A stretch of DNA of 56,978 nt from NCBI GenBank assembly GCA_049999805.1, contig JBNGIO010006279.1, positions 497,815-554,792 on the forward strand, written 5' to 3'. Position numbers and translations under genes: made by a program. How positions within the stretch are numbered: position 1 is the first letter of the stretch; each line of letters begins with the position of its first letter. Below are positions 12,248 through 25,287 of the stretch, one piece after another. The DNA comes from Folioceros fuciformis. Taxonomy: Eukaryota. The notes under the pieces are model-generated. The model did no database searches and was not told where the DNA came from. It saw only the letters and a list, made by a program, of their open reading frames with translations.

Positions 12248-13766
12248 TCCTTGTTTCGGTACTAGCTAGCTCTTTGCCCTCCGCTCTCAAAAGTGTTCCA
12301 CTCAAATCTATCACAGCAATCCCCTGCCCCCACCCTCAATTGATCACATTCAACATTTCCTGTCCCAATCTCGGTCAATCACAAGCATTCTCTCCTCCCA
12401 CCTTCATCAACCCACGGCCCCAGCAGACAGACTTCCCTTTATGCCTCTGTCTCAAGGTCGAACAGCCTCTCGTACCACTCTCGTGGTACTCTCAGTCTCT
12501 TCTTCCTCCCTGCCTGTCGCAGTTCTTGGAGAGCATGAGACCTTTGAGATAGAGTGCACGAGGGGACTGCAGTCCTCCAAGGGCCGCTTACAATTAATGA
12601 GGTGGGAAGGTGCGCGGCTGGTAGCGACCCCCGGTCCTCGACCCGCCACATGCTCACCCATGGGCAGCTGTTAACCTCAGATACCAAAACGTGGACATAT
12701 TTCTCTTGTCAGTCCGAGGAGCGGCTGGAAGAATAATTGAGTCTCAGAATGATGGCGTGAACTCGGTCCGGAGGAGCTGTTGCAAGCGGGAGGAAAAGGA
12801 AGCCATTATTGAGCCAGTGCGCGCATGCCGCGTGCGAGGTACGTCATCTGCTTATGTGTGTGACATGAGCAGTAGCGAGCAGGAGGCGACACGCTAACAA
12901 TGTGCCATGGATGCACATTACAAAAGCGAATATGCATTCAACATTCAACCCGCGGGAAATGCATGCCTACTGCGGAGGAAATTGTCGATGGGTGTGGGGT
13001 CGGGGTCGGGCTACGGAAGGCTCGAAAGGCCATCGTAGCTTCCATCCCACATTTTAAAAACAGTTGATCGTGATTCTGGGCCTAATCGATTCCCTGTCCC
13101 CAAAGTCTCCACCGCAGAAACGAGATGCTTGGTCGGGGATGGAATGGGATGGGAAGCAGCTCTCGAAGCGCATTCGTCTCCTCTTTTGAGCCGGAGCTCA
13201 TTCTGCCAGGCGGGTCGGGTGTTCTGGGAGACTGTACCCTGTTTGCTTGTTGGAAGTTTGGTTGGTTAGGTTAGGGATCACACTGCTGTCAATCTCCGAA
13301 CGCTTCTTGTCGATGTGAATGAATTCGCACTTTGTTGGACGAGTGCCTTGCCCTTTTCGAAGATTCGGGAATCGTCTACAATCCCTTCGAACGCCCAGAC
13401 ATGTACCAGAATTCGAGTCAGACTGTCCATTTTATAACCCGATTGGTTATTTATCGCGCCACCGAGGCGAAGTAAATGGCTTGCGAGTACTTCGGATTGC
13501 CATCACACTGAAGCCCTAGAAACAGTGGAGAAGGTGCGGGATTGAGCTTGCCGCCCCTTCTAATCTGCGAGGTGAGTGCCGACCTGATTCTGATCGACTG
13601 GGTTGTGATCAACGCTGCTTGCTTGGCCTTGGGCCTGTAGGTTTCTTCGTGCAAGGTTTGTGACGGTCTGCAGCATTTGTGGTTAGAAACCCTTCGCATG
13701 TTCTTGGTGGTGGGTCTTTGTTTGATTTTGCCCTCGCTTTGCTAAGTCGGTTGTAGGTATTGGAGT

Positions 13767-14792
13767 ATGGCGGTTATTTCGGACTACACCGAGGAAACTC
13801 CGGAAGCGAAGTCGGTGGCAGGGCCTAGCGGTGCCACTCCTCCTAGCTTCCCTCTGGATGAGGCTTTGAGAGCTCTGTTGAAGGAGCACCAGGAGCAGCC
13901 TTTTGAGCTTTTGCGAACGGTGTTTGATTTTCTCAGGAGGAAGACCGACCTGTTCTTGGAGGCCGGGGCTGAAGCCCGTGTTGCAGAAATCGTGACTGCC
14001 GTGAAGCGGCAGAGAGTGGAGGGGAAGGCGGATCAAGACGCTGCCAGGGCTTCGTCTAGCAAGACGAGGACCGGTCCGATTAAGTTGGTTCCGCAGAGTT
14101 TTAGCAAGTCGGTGAAGCAGGAAAAGCCTGCAGTGAAGGAAGAGGCTGCAAATGCCGTCAATCATGAGGAGAAGGGGAAGCCCTCGGAAGATTCCACCAT
14201 GGAGGACAGCACTGTCACCTCTAGCAGCTCTGTAGCGTTGCCGGATGAGCCCGAGAAGGATGACGAGAAGGATGGGGTCAAGCCTAATGCTGGGAACGGT
14301 GCCGACTTGGATAAATATTCTTGGACTCAAACACTGTCGGAGGTGTCGGTGCAGGTCCCTGTACCATCAGGAACTAGGTCTCGAGCTGTGCTGTGTGAAA
14401 TAAAAAAGACACATATCAAGGTGGGCATCAAAGGGGAAGCTCCTATTGTCGAGGGCGACTTGTTCAATCGTGTGAAACCGGATGACTGTTTCTGGAGTTT
14501 GGAGGATGGCAAGGTTGTGTCTGTTCTGCTCACCAAGCACAATCAAATGGAGTGGTGGAAGTCTGTGATCAAGGGTGATATGGAAATCAACACCCAGAAA
14601 GTGGAACCAGAGAACAGCAAACTGGCAGATTTGGACCCTGAGACACGTCAAACTGTGGAGAAAATGATGTATGATCAACGCCAGAAGGCTATGGGACTGC
14701 CAACAGCTGATGAGCAGCAGAAGAACGACATTTTAAAGAAGTTCATGGCTCAACACCCTGAGATGGACTTTTCCAAGGCCAAGGTCTGTTGA
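13767..14792 (+). CDS. BOB1: BOBBER/NudC-family small heat-shock co-chaperone, intronless CDS
   Basis: MAVISDY N-terminus, [20 protein letters not shown] domain, [16 protein letters not shown] and [15 protein letters not shown] likely 5' UTR intron starts at GTGAGT 13572. Confidence 0.93.
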   Translation: MAVISDYTEETPEAKSVAGPSGATPPSFPLDEALRALLKEHQEQPFELLRTVFDFLRRKTDLFLEAGAEARVAEIVTAVKRQRVEGKADQDAARASSSKTRTGPIKLVPQSFSKSVKQEKPAVKEEAANAVNHEEKGKPSEDSTMEDSTVTSSSSVALPDEPEKDDEKDGVKPNAGNGADLDKYSWTQTLSEVSVQVPVPSGTRSRAVLCEIKKTHIKVGIKGEAPIVEGDLFNRVKPDDCFWSLEDGKVVSVLLTKHNQMEWWKSVIKGDMEINTQKVEPENSKLADLDPETRQTVEKMMYDQRQKAMGLPTADEQQKNDILKKFMAQHPEMDFSKAKVC

Positions 14793-15422
14793 TAGCCGTC
14801 CTAGGGGGGTAATGAGAAGAACATTAAAGTCCAAGGGCCTGGGACTTTCTTTTTTTTTGTTGCACTGTAACTGGACAGCAAGAGCAGAGACTTTGAGAGA
14901 CAGGTTACCGATGTTCGTGAGAATTTTAGGTGTCATCACGGTCAGTGGACATTTAAGATTAAAGTATTTATGACAAGTTGTAAAGACGTCATAGAGTGTG
15001 TACTCTATGGAGGAGTTTTTAGTTACAAGTGTTGTGACAAGTTACATGATGATTGTGTAAACAAAAGTGAACACTGTCATGACCAGTTTGTGAAAGAATG
15101 AATCCTACTTTAGTGGGTAACGGCAGGGACCAGGTTACCATGACATCGGTCCCTCTCCTGAATTCCGACTTCAACTTCTAAGCGCAAGCTAAACTAAGCT
15201 TTAAGGTGAGCAGGGTGGGATTCCTCGGCTGTCGCCAAGTCCATCTCGCAGATTGTCTGCTCACTGCAACAAGATGAGCGGTTGGGTTACACAAAGGGTT
15301 TCCCATGGAACACGCAGAGCTCAAAATTTGTCAGTGTCTGCCACAGCGAAGACGCGTACCCGTGTTCGTTATCCCTCCGAGCTGCTTCTGCTGACACAAC
15401 CTTGCCTGATCGAGAAAGCTCG

Positions 15423-18400
15423 TTACCAGCCTTCTAGCCAGAATGGAGATGCATCTTCTTCCTCGGTTGTTGGGAACTCGAAAACTTGATAGTGATCTTC
15501 CGCGTGATAAAACTCTAGTGCTGAGGCCAGGCGCGATAAAATCTCTGGGGGAACCACAGTTCTGTGCTCAAGAAGACCTTCCCAATCAAGGCCACGGAAC
15601 CAGGGATGCCTCTTAATGGCATCAACCCCATGGATGCCACAACCGAGTCTCTCCTCCACATCGACCTGAAGCAACTGCTTGACAAATATCATGTCAGGAG
15701 GCTGACGATGAAATCTTGCAGACACATGATGCAAAGGAGGCTCGAACAGAGCACAGACCTTGTCAATAAGATCAGTTGCTTCAGGACTGGACTTTGCAGG
15801 AAACGATAACTGCCTCTGGGCAATCTTGTTGTAGATATCCAGCTCGCTGTCTCTCCATGAACCGAAGGGTAGCTCATTTTGGAGCATGAAATAAAGTAAG
15901 ACACCAAGCGCCCACCTGTTCAAGAGGAGAAGTACTTCAATTAACCTTTGAAGCTTTGAACTTGTGCCTCTGAAGGAACAAGAAAGCCATACCAGTCGGC
16001 GCCTTCATGGTGGCCTCGGCCCTGGATTACTTCAGGTGCCAAGAAGTCTGCCATTCCACATATAGTGAAGGTGCGGGCATTGTCAAGCCGCTTGGCGAAG
16101 CGGAAGTCCACCAACTGGACAATCAGAGAGCTCTGGTCAGGTCATTGCCACAAACCTCCTCACGACAAGCTTTTTTGCTAGCAGAGACAATAGAGCCTAC
16201 CTGGAGCCGGCCACTGCGATCTAGCATCAGCACGTCTGGTGAGACGCCACGATAGATTACTCCATCCTGGGGTTATGATTAGATGGTTAGACATTCCTGC
16301 ATGCTGCAATACAGAAAGTCTTTCCACACTAGACAAGCACCTTGTGAAGAAGGTCCAGAGCCAAAACAACTGAGGCTGCGATGAATCGACTTGCAGCTTC
16401 ATCAAGTGGTGAGAGCAGTATGAGAGCCAGTGGTCCAGCCAACCGGGTGTTCAATAACACTGCAGCATATTCCTTGTTTCCTCGAGTGCACAGCACTTGG
16501 GGCACATATACTGAGGGACTCAAAGTCTGGATGAGAGCTCTCTCATTCAAAATTTGTGCTTCCCTGCTCAATAATTTTACTTTTCGCCTCAGATATCTTT
16601 TCATACTGATGACCTGCTCCGTCTTCCCTGCAATCAGAGTCAAGGGAACAACATGCCCTCAGCATTGGTCATGCGCTTCTCCAAACAGATGTCACTGAAA
16701 AGTTGCAACTCCACGTCAGCAGCCAAGGGGACGACCTCTACCTGATTTTTTCCACAGAACTACGCCAACTTCACAACAGTCTGTAGAATATACAGTCTCT
16801 TGCCATTCCTAGCACAAAACAGTAGCCACACACAACGTCAACATAGGGCCCTCTAGTTACATCCCGAGCAATACTTATCCACCCAGTTTCCACAATAACA
16901 ATGTCACTACCAGATCAGCAAGACGAACTTTTTCGAAGCCAGGAACATCTACTTCAGCAGAGAGCTCCTTCCTCAAAAAGGACATCTTGTCCCTAAGTCT
17001 GCACATTAGAGAGAGCACGTGTGTCAACTCACATTTCCTCGTGACAGCATGAATGGCTAAAGCAAGTAAATGCAAAAAAACAAAAGTAAGGTCTACTTGT
17101 GTTTTCAGGCATTGCTTGCACCTTTCTTCAGCTTCAGTGCGTTGGAGAGGTCCAATGATGTCAATGAATTCCTCCTTGCTCATAGACCAACCCTCCACAT
17201 CCCCAACTGCTACAGCTGTGATAGAACGGGCTGGAGCACCAGTCACAACCCACTCCCCGCAGTACATCACTCCTCTCCGTATCTCAACATCAGGCTGAGG
17301 TGCTACTGTTGGAGAACCAGAACTCAATGTCGGTGAACTCATGGCAGATGGCGTCTCCCGCAAAGGTTCCTTCGGAGCATGAAAGACTTTTGATGCTTGA
17401 ATTGGAGATTGATGGGCTCTTCGTGCAATACGCATTTTATCCCCAAATGCAGGAAGGTCTCGCCTTTTCTTGGAGCCCACAACTTGTTTCATCAGCTCTC
17501 CATGATCTGTGACCTGTACATCTCCTCGGTTCACAATGTAAAATGTGGAAACCTCTTCATCCTGCAGTTGCCGCAAAACCATCAGCTCTTAGTTTTGAAG
17601 CAAAGACAACTTGATCGCGCTTATCCTGGTAATTTTGCAAGCCCAAAGGCACACACGCTAACAAACAGACAGCTCGAAGGCCAAAATGACTTTTCTTTTT
17701 CAAATTGACTCTTGTCCGACTACTTAGCTGTCGATATAGCCAGTACCTTCTCTACAATGACATCACCATCCTGAAACTTGAATTCCACCAGGCAGTCAGC
17801 AAGACGATGCAGCTGATGTAGGCTGAACTTTGAGAGCACATCTAGTGTCCTCATGATCTTCAGTGCAGACTGGTGAGTAAACTTTGTTAGGAGAACACTG
17901 CGGAATGTTTCTCGAGAAAGTGCCCAAAGCGTGCCATTGGTAACAGCTCGGACAGAGGCTTGCCGAGGTTTGTTGTACCTGCCAGATACGCAAGACAAGT
18001 TAAAGCCTGACAGCAATCTAGGACAGACAGTTCACAATCTTTATCAAAACAGCATCATACATTAAGGCAAGCTCGCCGAAACATGCGCTGTCTTCTCCTC
18101 TGTATTGTGCTACCACAGTGCCCATGTCTTGGTCTCCGATGGACGACTGCAAACAAAAACCAGTTCAGTGAATGCAGCCTTAAGTGAGAGGAAATGGAGA
18201 CATGATCCAGGCAAATCTGTCGCAACAACCTGGGAGACCAGAGCTTCAAATCGACCACTTTCAGCAATGTAGAATTGATCGCCTTCAGCGCCCTGTATAG
18301 ACAAGCCAACGTTTCCAATAATTGCACATGGAAAAAAGGATGACGACGAGAATCCAAGCCAACAACTCAGTCGATGTCCACGCGTTGGAACAACTTGTGG

Positions 18401-20484
18401 CTGCCAGGTTACTTACCTGACGTATAATAACATCCCCTGCCTTCACATGCACTCGTTCCATACAACCATAGAGAGTATCCAGCTGCTTCTCAGTCAGGTT
18501 GTGGAATAGGAAATTTGATTGAAGGGCCTTCTCAATTTGCGCCTGTCACCATCACGTTTCGAATATACCAGATATGGGCACCCACACAGAGATCGCAAGA
18601 AGCATAGCGTGAAGACTGTCCTCAAAATGCCGAACCTGAGTTCTGAAGACAAACGGAAAGTGACAAAGATGCATCAAGACATACCCTTTCTTCAGCAGTC
18701 TTCTCGTGTATTTTGGCTGGAGGCAACCAAACGTCGTCAGCCTCTAAGGAAGTCTCAATTGCCCTCAGACGCGCTCTTGACAGATCATGCCTAGCTGGGC
18801 GGACCCCTGATGACTTCCTTGCTCCAAAGGTCAACCCAGGAGAGCTCCCACCTTGTATCTTCTCAGTAAGCGAATATATGTCGCTGTCTTTGATGCCCAG
18901 GGTTCCTTCCGCCTGCATGAAGTCCCCACCAGTTCAGGGAACCACTCCCACACGTGGCCCAGGAGGTAACACAAGCATAAAGAATAAAAAAGGCGCTTAT
19001 GTAGTGCACATCAGATCTCAACCTGTGCACCACCACAACCGCTGCCTGCACTTACATCTTGAAGGCCATCGATATGCACAATGATGATGGTAATGTCATC
19101 GGTACGAGTTTCATATTGAAGCCATAGGCGATAGGACTCGGCCACAATTGCCGCACAAGCATCCCGGGGATCCTTAAACTTTGCAACCTGCAAGACACAA
19201 ATTGAAAGGTAAAAGCATAAGCATCATACTTCACACTGATCATGTCTCCAGAATGCCTGAGCATAGCAGCACTTTGTCTAGGAGCAATTTAATGTGCACA
19301 GCAGAACAAGCATTTCAACTCTGACAGCCAGAAGATACCACCAAGACATACACGGGCATAAGCCACACTCTCACCATGTCCACAACAGCTTGACTTGAGA
19401 GAAATTCAAACACTCCATCACTGGCCACCACCAGAAATGGGTGTTTCGAAGTGAGCTCCATGACAAGCACTTCAGGTACAGCAATAACACCAATACGTTC
19501 GGCCACCGTATCACCAATGCTCCTAGTGAAAGCTGTTCCAGGATACATACCATTCTGCACCCACAGGCGGGGAGGATCCCCATCATCATCCTCTTCCCCA
19601 CCCCAGCACTGAACGTTGGGATTCTTTAGGCCCTCCAACTGATCCAACGTGAGAACCCTGGCTCCAGCTGCTTTCACTCTGGCGCACTCGTCCGGCCGAA
19701 ATGGAGTCTGATCACTGGACAGATCTACCGCAACCAGCTTTTTCCCCCTCTTCTCTGCCAGAACAGCCCTGGAGTCACCTACATTTGCAACATACAGCAT
19801 GCTCCCCCTTACTAACACTGTCACACCTGTCGTACCACTCATGGAATCATCTATGCTATTCCGGTGAAGCTGAGTGTTCGTGGCCGTAAACGCCATATGA
19901 TAGGCCTGAACCGCATCCGTATGGAAATGCCTATTCCTGAGCAGATTCTCGCACAGGTGCTTCTTTGCAAACTGTGAGCACTGAGTCCCAAATTCGCCGT
20001 GCCCATCAAACACGCCGAAGAAGTGGTCATTTTGGTCTTGCCCAAACTGAGTGTGCACACAGAAGCTGTCTTGATTGGCCTTGTCCAGAGCCTCAGGGTA
20101 GTATCCCCGCTGCGAGAGATACGAATACCGCAGCTCGAAATTCCCCGACGGCACATGCACAACCCTGGATCCAGTAGGAGGCAGGTACTGTGCCGACAGT
20201 CGTGAAAGACGCGGCAGCCCCAGATCCAGGTCCGAGGGCTCCAGCTGAGCGGCACCCTGGGCGAGGTGGTAGTCCAGGACCGAGTTTGCACCGCCAAATT
20301 CAACCTTCTCACCACCCACAGCACCATCGCGCGAACCTTGAGACTTCACCCCTTTCTCTTCGTTCCTCCCGGACCCAGCTCCATTACTCGCATTCCTCTG
20401 CTTCTGCCCAAACCCTCTTCCCAAATTGGAGCAGAACCCCGGCCCAGTTTCGTCTGCAGAGGGCTTACCATTGATACAACCCAT
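15423..20484 (-). CDS. Protein phosphatase 2C - cyclic-nucleotide-binding - kinase-like fusion protein (multi-exon)
   Basis: Starts MGC. PP2C motifs [30 protein letters not shown]. Two cNMP domains ([32 protein letters not shown]). Kinase-like C-terminus ([30 protein letters not shown]). Many short GT-AG introns. Confidence 0.9.
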
Positions 20485-22399
20485 CGATCAAGCCCAGGGG
20501 TTACCGGCGACGCAAGAAAGGTTCAAGCATTTCATGCTCCCGGCACAACTCGACCGCGGGCCTTCCTTTCGCCCCTTCACACAGGAAGCAGAGGCAGCGC
20601 CGCTGGCGCCCTGCGCATTCCCTTCCTATCACCTCCGACAACGCCACGACGGCGGAACAAATTCTTCTCTCCCTTCCCTCAAGGCGCTCTGCTCAAGAAC
20701 TGCCTGCAGCATGGGGAAGCCAACCTGCCAGAGCTTCGACACTCCATTTCCTCCGCAGCTGAGAGGAATCTGGGCGAGCTCAGAGCAGATGCACGGCATT
20801 CCTTTCCTGCAACAAGGTGCGGCCCGGAAGAGAATTGCAGCTGCGGAGACGCAGCAGCAGCGAGGCAGTAGGTCGGGCAGAGGAAGAGAGACGGCAGGAA
20901 CGAGAACCCTCCATCGCCAATGCCAGCCCCTCCGTAATTCTGGGTCGCAAGCACCCGCCAGACCCAGAAACGAGTTCAAGCCCGCGGGCAGCCCAGACCT
21001 GGCCTGCCGACACAGCGGTCACAACAGCCGAGGCCCCAGCAAGAGAGAGAGGCTCTCCTCTCCAGCCACCGAGTCCCAACCAAGTCCCGCACTCCCAGCT
21101 GCACGCGGTGCCCGCAAGGCCCAACTCCCGAGACGCGGCACAAGCCCAGCCCCACAGCCAGAATGGGGTTCCTGTTGCGGTGCTAGCGGAACTGCACCCT
21201 TCTTCCACAAGGAGCCTACAGGGTTGCTTCTTCTCGCCGATTCTCTCCACACGCCAACTTCCAGCAACACACTGCCAGCTCTCTTTCACACCCGCAAGGC
21301 CTCATCTGCTCTGAGGAACAGAGCCAGGATAGCCCAAGGGTAAAGTATGAAGCAGCAGGCCCCACAACGAGATCAAATCCTTCAGGACTGCTGCCACAGT
21401 ACCACACTTGCAAGCCTCACTTCACACTGCACACTGTAGATGAGGTTGATCCCAAGATTGTCATTTCATCCGCCAAGATTTCACTTTCATGGGTGCAGTG
21501 TGTCCAATTTCCGGGGAATTTACCCCGTGATTATCTGCACCACCACAGATGAACGACGAGCTTCTCTCTCCCGCACGTCACCGATATTTCAAACAGCCCC
21601 ACATCAGAGCAGCAGTTACAAGGGCGCGTACCCCATGTACGTTACAGTTCCTCGTGCGTACATGCATAGCGCATAGCACGTTACAGCTCTCCATGCGTAC
21701 ATGCACACGCATAGCATATTGACCCTTCTCCACCAGTACGACCCCATCAAATTTGGAATTTAGTCCGAAAGGACACTCCCAGCATCCAGCAAATGGGAAT
21801 GCCACAATTCTGGTGGTTGGGTGATGGCAGCATTGATGGAGCAAGAATCCCGTGCAGCCGTTTTCCATCATCCCGGATTGAAGATCGAACAACGTAACAT
21901 ACATACCTTCAGACATACATGCTCAGGTTCCTTGGGGGAAGGAAGGCAAACACACGACTGTCGACTCTAAGACTCCAGTCCATGCGACAGGCCTCTGGTA
22001 GGTGTAGATTGTACGACTATCACACAGCTGTTATGAGGGGCATGTCCACTCTGCTTTGACTGCCTGGTGTCAAGTATTGTATGTACATACATGCAAGTGT
22101 ATGTAGCTCCACTCGGAAACTGGGACACATTTTGTAGGATTTGTAGGGACTGCTGTTGTGTCACAGTGATGAGACCTGAGGGGCGGGCTGACCTCGCCCA
22201 AATTAGAGTAGCTTCGAATGCCTTTGGTCGTGGGCTTCGAATTTATCGGCACCAATTACAGTAGCTTTTGCTTTGCCTCGGGCGGCATGCTTGCCGGGTT
22301 TGCCTCCTCGGGCTTTTGTTTCGATTAACCGGGCTGTCTCTGCCCTTACGTGATTGGGGCCGGGGAGCATGTGAAGGAAGGGGAAGGCCCATGCGTCAA

Positions 22400-24620
22400 A
22401 CAACCGATTGGCTGTTAGGCAGGCACTTGTTTCTCGGGATGTAGGCTCCTCCTCAACCTGCCGACCGTCTGGCTATAATCAGTTTGGAGCAACCTACCAG
22501 TCAGGAGCAGATGAGCTGCGTTGGATGGACTTTATTCCTGCCGGACGTGCCTTGGGATCGAGGCCTGTGGAGCAGTCCTTGGAGGTTTCTGCCTTGGGCG
22601 TCTGCAAGGAAGGACGACACCAAAAAGGGGCAGAGTGGGTGGGCACATCCACCTTCTTTATGACGCAGTGCCAAGGCTGGACTGCATTACAGTAATGATG
22701 CTCGCGTGGTTAGTACACAAACGGGTGATGGTGGCTAGGCTCGGGGAGGAGGAATGGACGAAGGTGGATGGATGCAGTGACCGCCTGTGACAGACACGAG
22801 CCACTGTAGTGACGTTTTGTGGACGAGCTTTTGGTTCGGAATCAGCCACATATGGCCAGAAGTGCCAGCATCTGCAGCACCCCTCGGCTGTCAACGGCGA
22901 GCATTGCGCTTATCCATGCCATAGAGTCGACCATCCAAGGATAGAATGGCCGTAAAAAACTGCATTTTTGTCCCTGCCCTTGATTGAAGCCCGAGGATTG
23001 CAGCCTCGACCAATGGGAGGCAGACCTGTATACCGGGTACCCACATGCGTCGGCTTTGTGGATTCCCATACATACGTATACATACGTCGGTGGGGATTTT
23101 GCCGCCCTGGCACATGTCAGATGTTTGGACCCAGCTGCAGCTTTGGGAGAACCCTCTGATCAAATGACACTGATCGCCATATGGACTGGCAGCCCCTGGA
23201 CCAGTTGGGGTCCAAGAAGTGATGCGTGTCAGAGCACACAAGACAGACCGTCCAGGCACACCTACTTGCTCAATTCTAGTAAACAAGGAGTTTGTGCTGT
23301 CGTCTCCAGGCTTGTAGACCTAGCGGTGCAAGCACTAAACAAGACTCCTGTCCTCTCATCTCCAGGCGTGGAGACTGTATGTTGTATGGCGTGCGTCCTC
23401 ACAGACTCAATTTTACACCAGCTCCCATGTGACTGTCAGAGCATAGCGCATGTTTCGTACAAGGTGGAAGCCGCCACGGTTTTTCCAAGATCTCGAACCC
23501 AGAGCATGTTCGAGCCGGGTGGCCTCCGAGGTGGGTCAGTCACATTAAGACGAGAAAACACCCCGGACTTGGCCATAGTGCCGTGCCTATCGCCGGTTGT
23601 CCCAGGTCCATCCCATTTCGTTTTCCATTACCTCGTTCTCGCTGCCTGAGGCGCACATGGACTCTCTCTTGTCAGGATTGCTCGAAGCCTTGGGAAGCTT
23701 CCTCCTTTGGTAGAAACTGCCCGGTCTGGCAGGATGCCCAGCTGCAGGAACCTTCCTCAATTCGGTAGAACTCCCTTGTCCCTTGTCCCTTGTCCCCCTG
23801 GATTTCTCCCAGCTTGTTGGTACATTCCCAATCAGGGTAGCTTATTCCCACAATGAATGCCGCATGTTTGTCAAATTGTGTTGATATTTGTGCTTTCACT
23901 GTCCACTACAGAAACTCACGTACTGTCTACTTTGAGGTGGTCTCTGCCCCTTCTGTCCCCTCAGCAGACGAGAATCCACCTAGCAAGGATGGCGGCGAGT
24001 TGGCAATACGTGACACCGCATCCCATAATGCTCAGAACAGCACAAGCCCTTGCAGTCAGTGGCTAAAATATCTCGAGTTGGGAGCGAGGACATCAAACTT
24101 AAGCTTGGTTCAGAGTTGGAACCAGATTTGGAGGTCTTGGACACTGTAGAGCTCGAAAAGGTTCCCACTCAAACCTGTATGGACTGGAGAAGGTGTATTT
24201 CGTACATGCAGAGAAGATAATCTAAAGATGTGCCGGCACTGCACATTGCACAATGAGGCAGCTCACGAGGTATGGAGGGCAGGATCCAGTTGTTTCTCTA
24301 GAAAGCAAGCGAACATGACATGATCAGCTGTCGTTATGCCCGTCTGCTGCAAAGCTGTATTATCCACTTGTCCAGAGCTTCCTGCCCATTGGCAAGCCCT
24401 TCCTCATGTAATCGGGGATTAGAGCAGTCCATGCCACAACGTCCTTTTCTGGCAGCTTGTCAAAACTTGTGCATACACGTCCGACAGGATACTGCCGCCA
24501 CAAGCAAATTTCGCTCCCATTAGTTCAATTCCACGGAGTAGTTTTTCTCGCCCTTTTGTGGAAGTCCTAGAAATCTTAGAACATTCGTGCGGGAGGCACA
24601 CAAGCGGCAGGACCTCGATT
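22400..24620 (+). pseudogene. Possible heavily decayed gene with kinesin-light-chain-type TPR repeats
   Basis: Fragments in different frames: HPIMLRTAQALA (~24018), DTAAT (~24489), EVLEILEHSCGRH (~24560), and upstream WVGTSTFFMTQ. No continuous ORF. Confidence 0.3.
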
Positions 24621-25287
24621 CCTTGAGGCGGAAGGTCACCACAATGCCTTCAGCGAATGTAGCTCAATCCCTTCTCGACAACGACGTAAAACGTCCAAGT
24701 CTTTTTCAAATCAAGAAGACCTCTCCGCTGGTTTGTTTACTGTTGACCCTGCCTATGTGTGTTTTTTGAAACTCACGAAGGAGGATTGTTTAACATGGGT
24801 CTCTTAGGGCTTGCCACATGGGCAGTTGTCGGATAGGCCTGCTTTCTGTGGCGAGGATAGCCAACGAGTTTGAATGCCATGGCGTGGTGAGTTAGGAGGG
24901 CCTGCTGGTGGCATGAGCACTCAAGCAGGGGTTCCCAGCTGCTATAGTTCAGCATTTCGAATAGCAGAAGCAGGCCCACGTGTTCGTTTTGCCAGGTTTC
25001 AGCCCGGCCTTGCCTTGCCACGCCATTGGCAGTGGCAGCCGTGGTGCGTGAGGGGCTCTTCCCTGTGGAGGGAGGGCATGCCCGCAATTCCTGGATGGCG
25101 GGTGGTTGTTTGCTGGAATTTCAGTGGTACTGAATTTTGTGAGAGTCCCTTGTCGGGATGGTGGAGTGGCTTGCTTTAGGCTGCAATTCAGCCTGCTGCT
25201 ACTCCTGTTGAGCCTTGATGAGCGAGCAGCAGCTGGTGTCCAGCTGGGGAGCGGGGGCGGGGCCCTTATAGCGAGGAAGTCATCTTA

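Noticed and set aside
10286-12269. Long antisense ORFs over PPO (likewise over thiolase 32393-33889 and UKL 40602-41399)
   Set aside because: Shadow ORFs caused by high GC3 codon bias on the coding strand.
20266-21343. Long overlapping ORFs (305, 201, 169, 165 aa) upstream of the PP2C gene
   Set aside because: GC-rich, low-complexity translations with no recognisable motifs; probably 5' UTR or promoter of the minus-strand gene.
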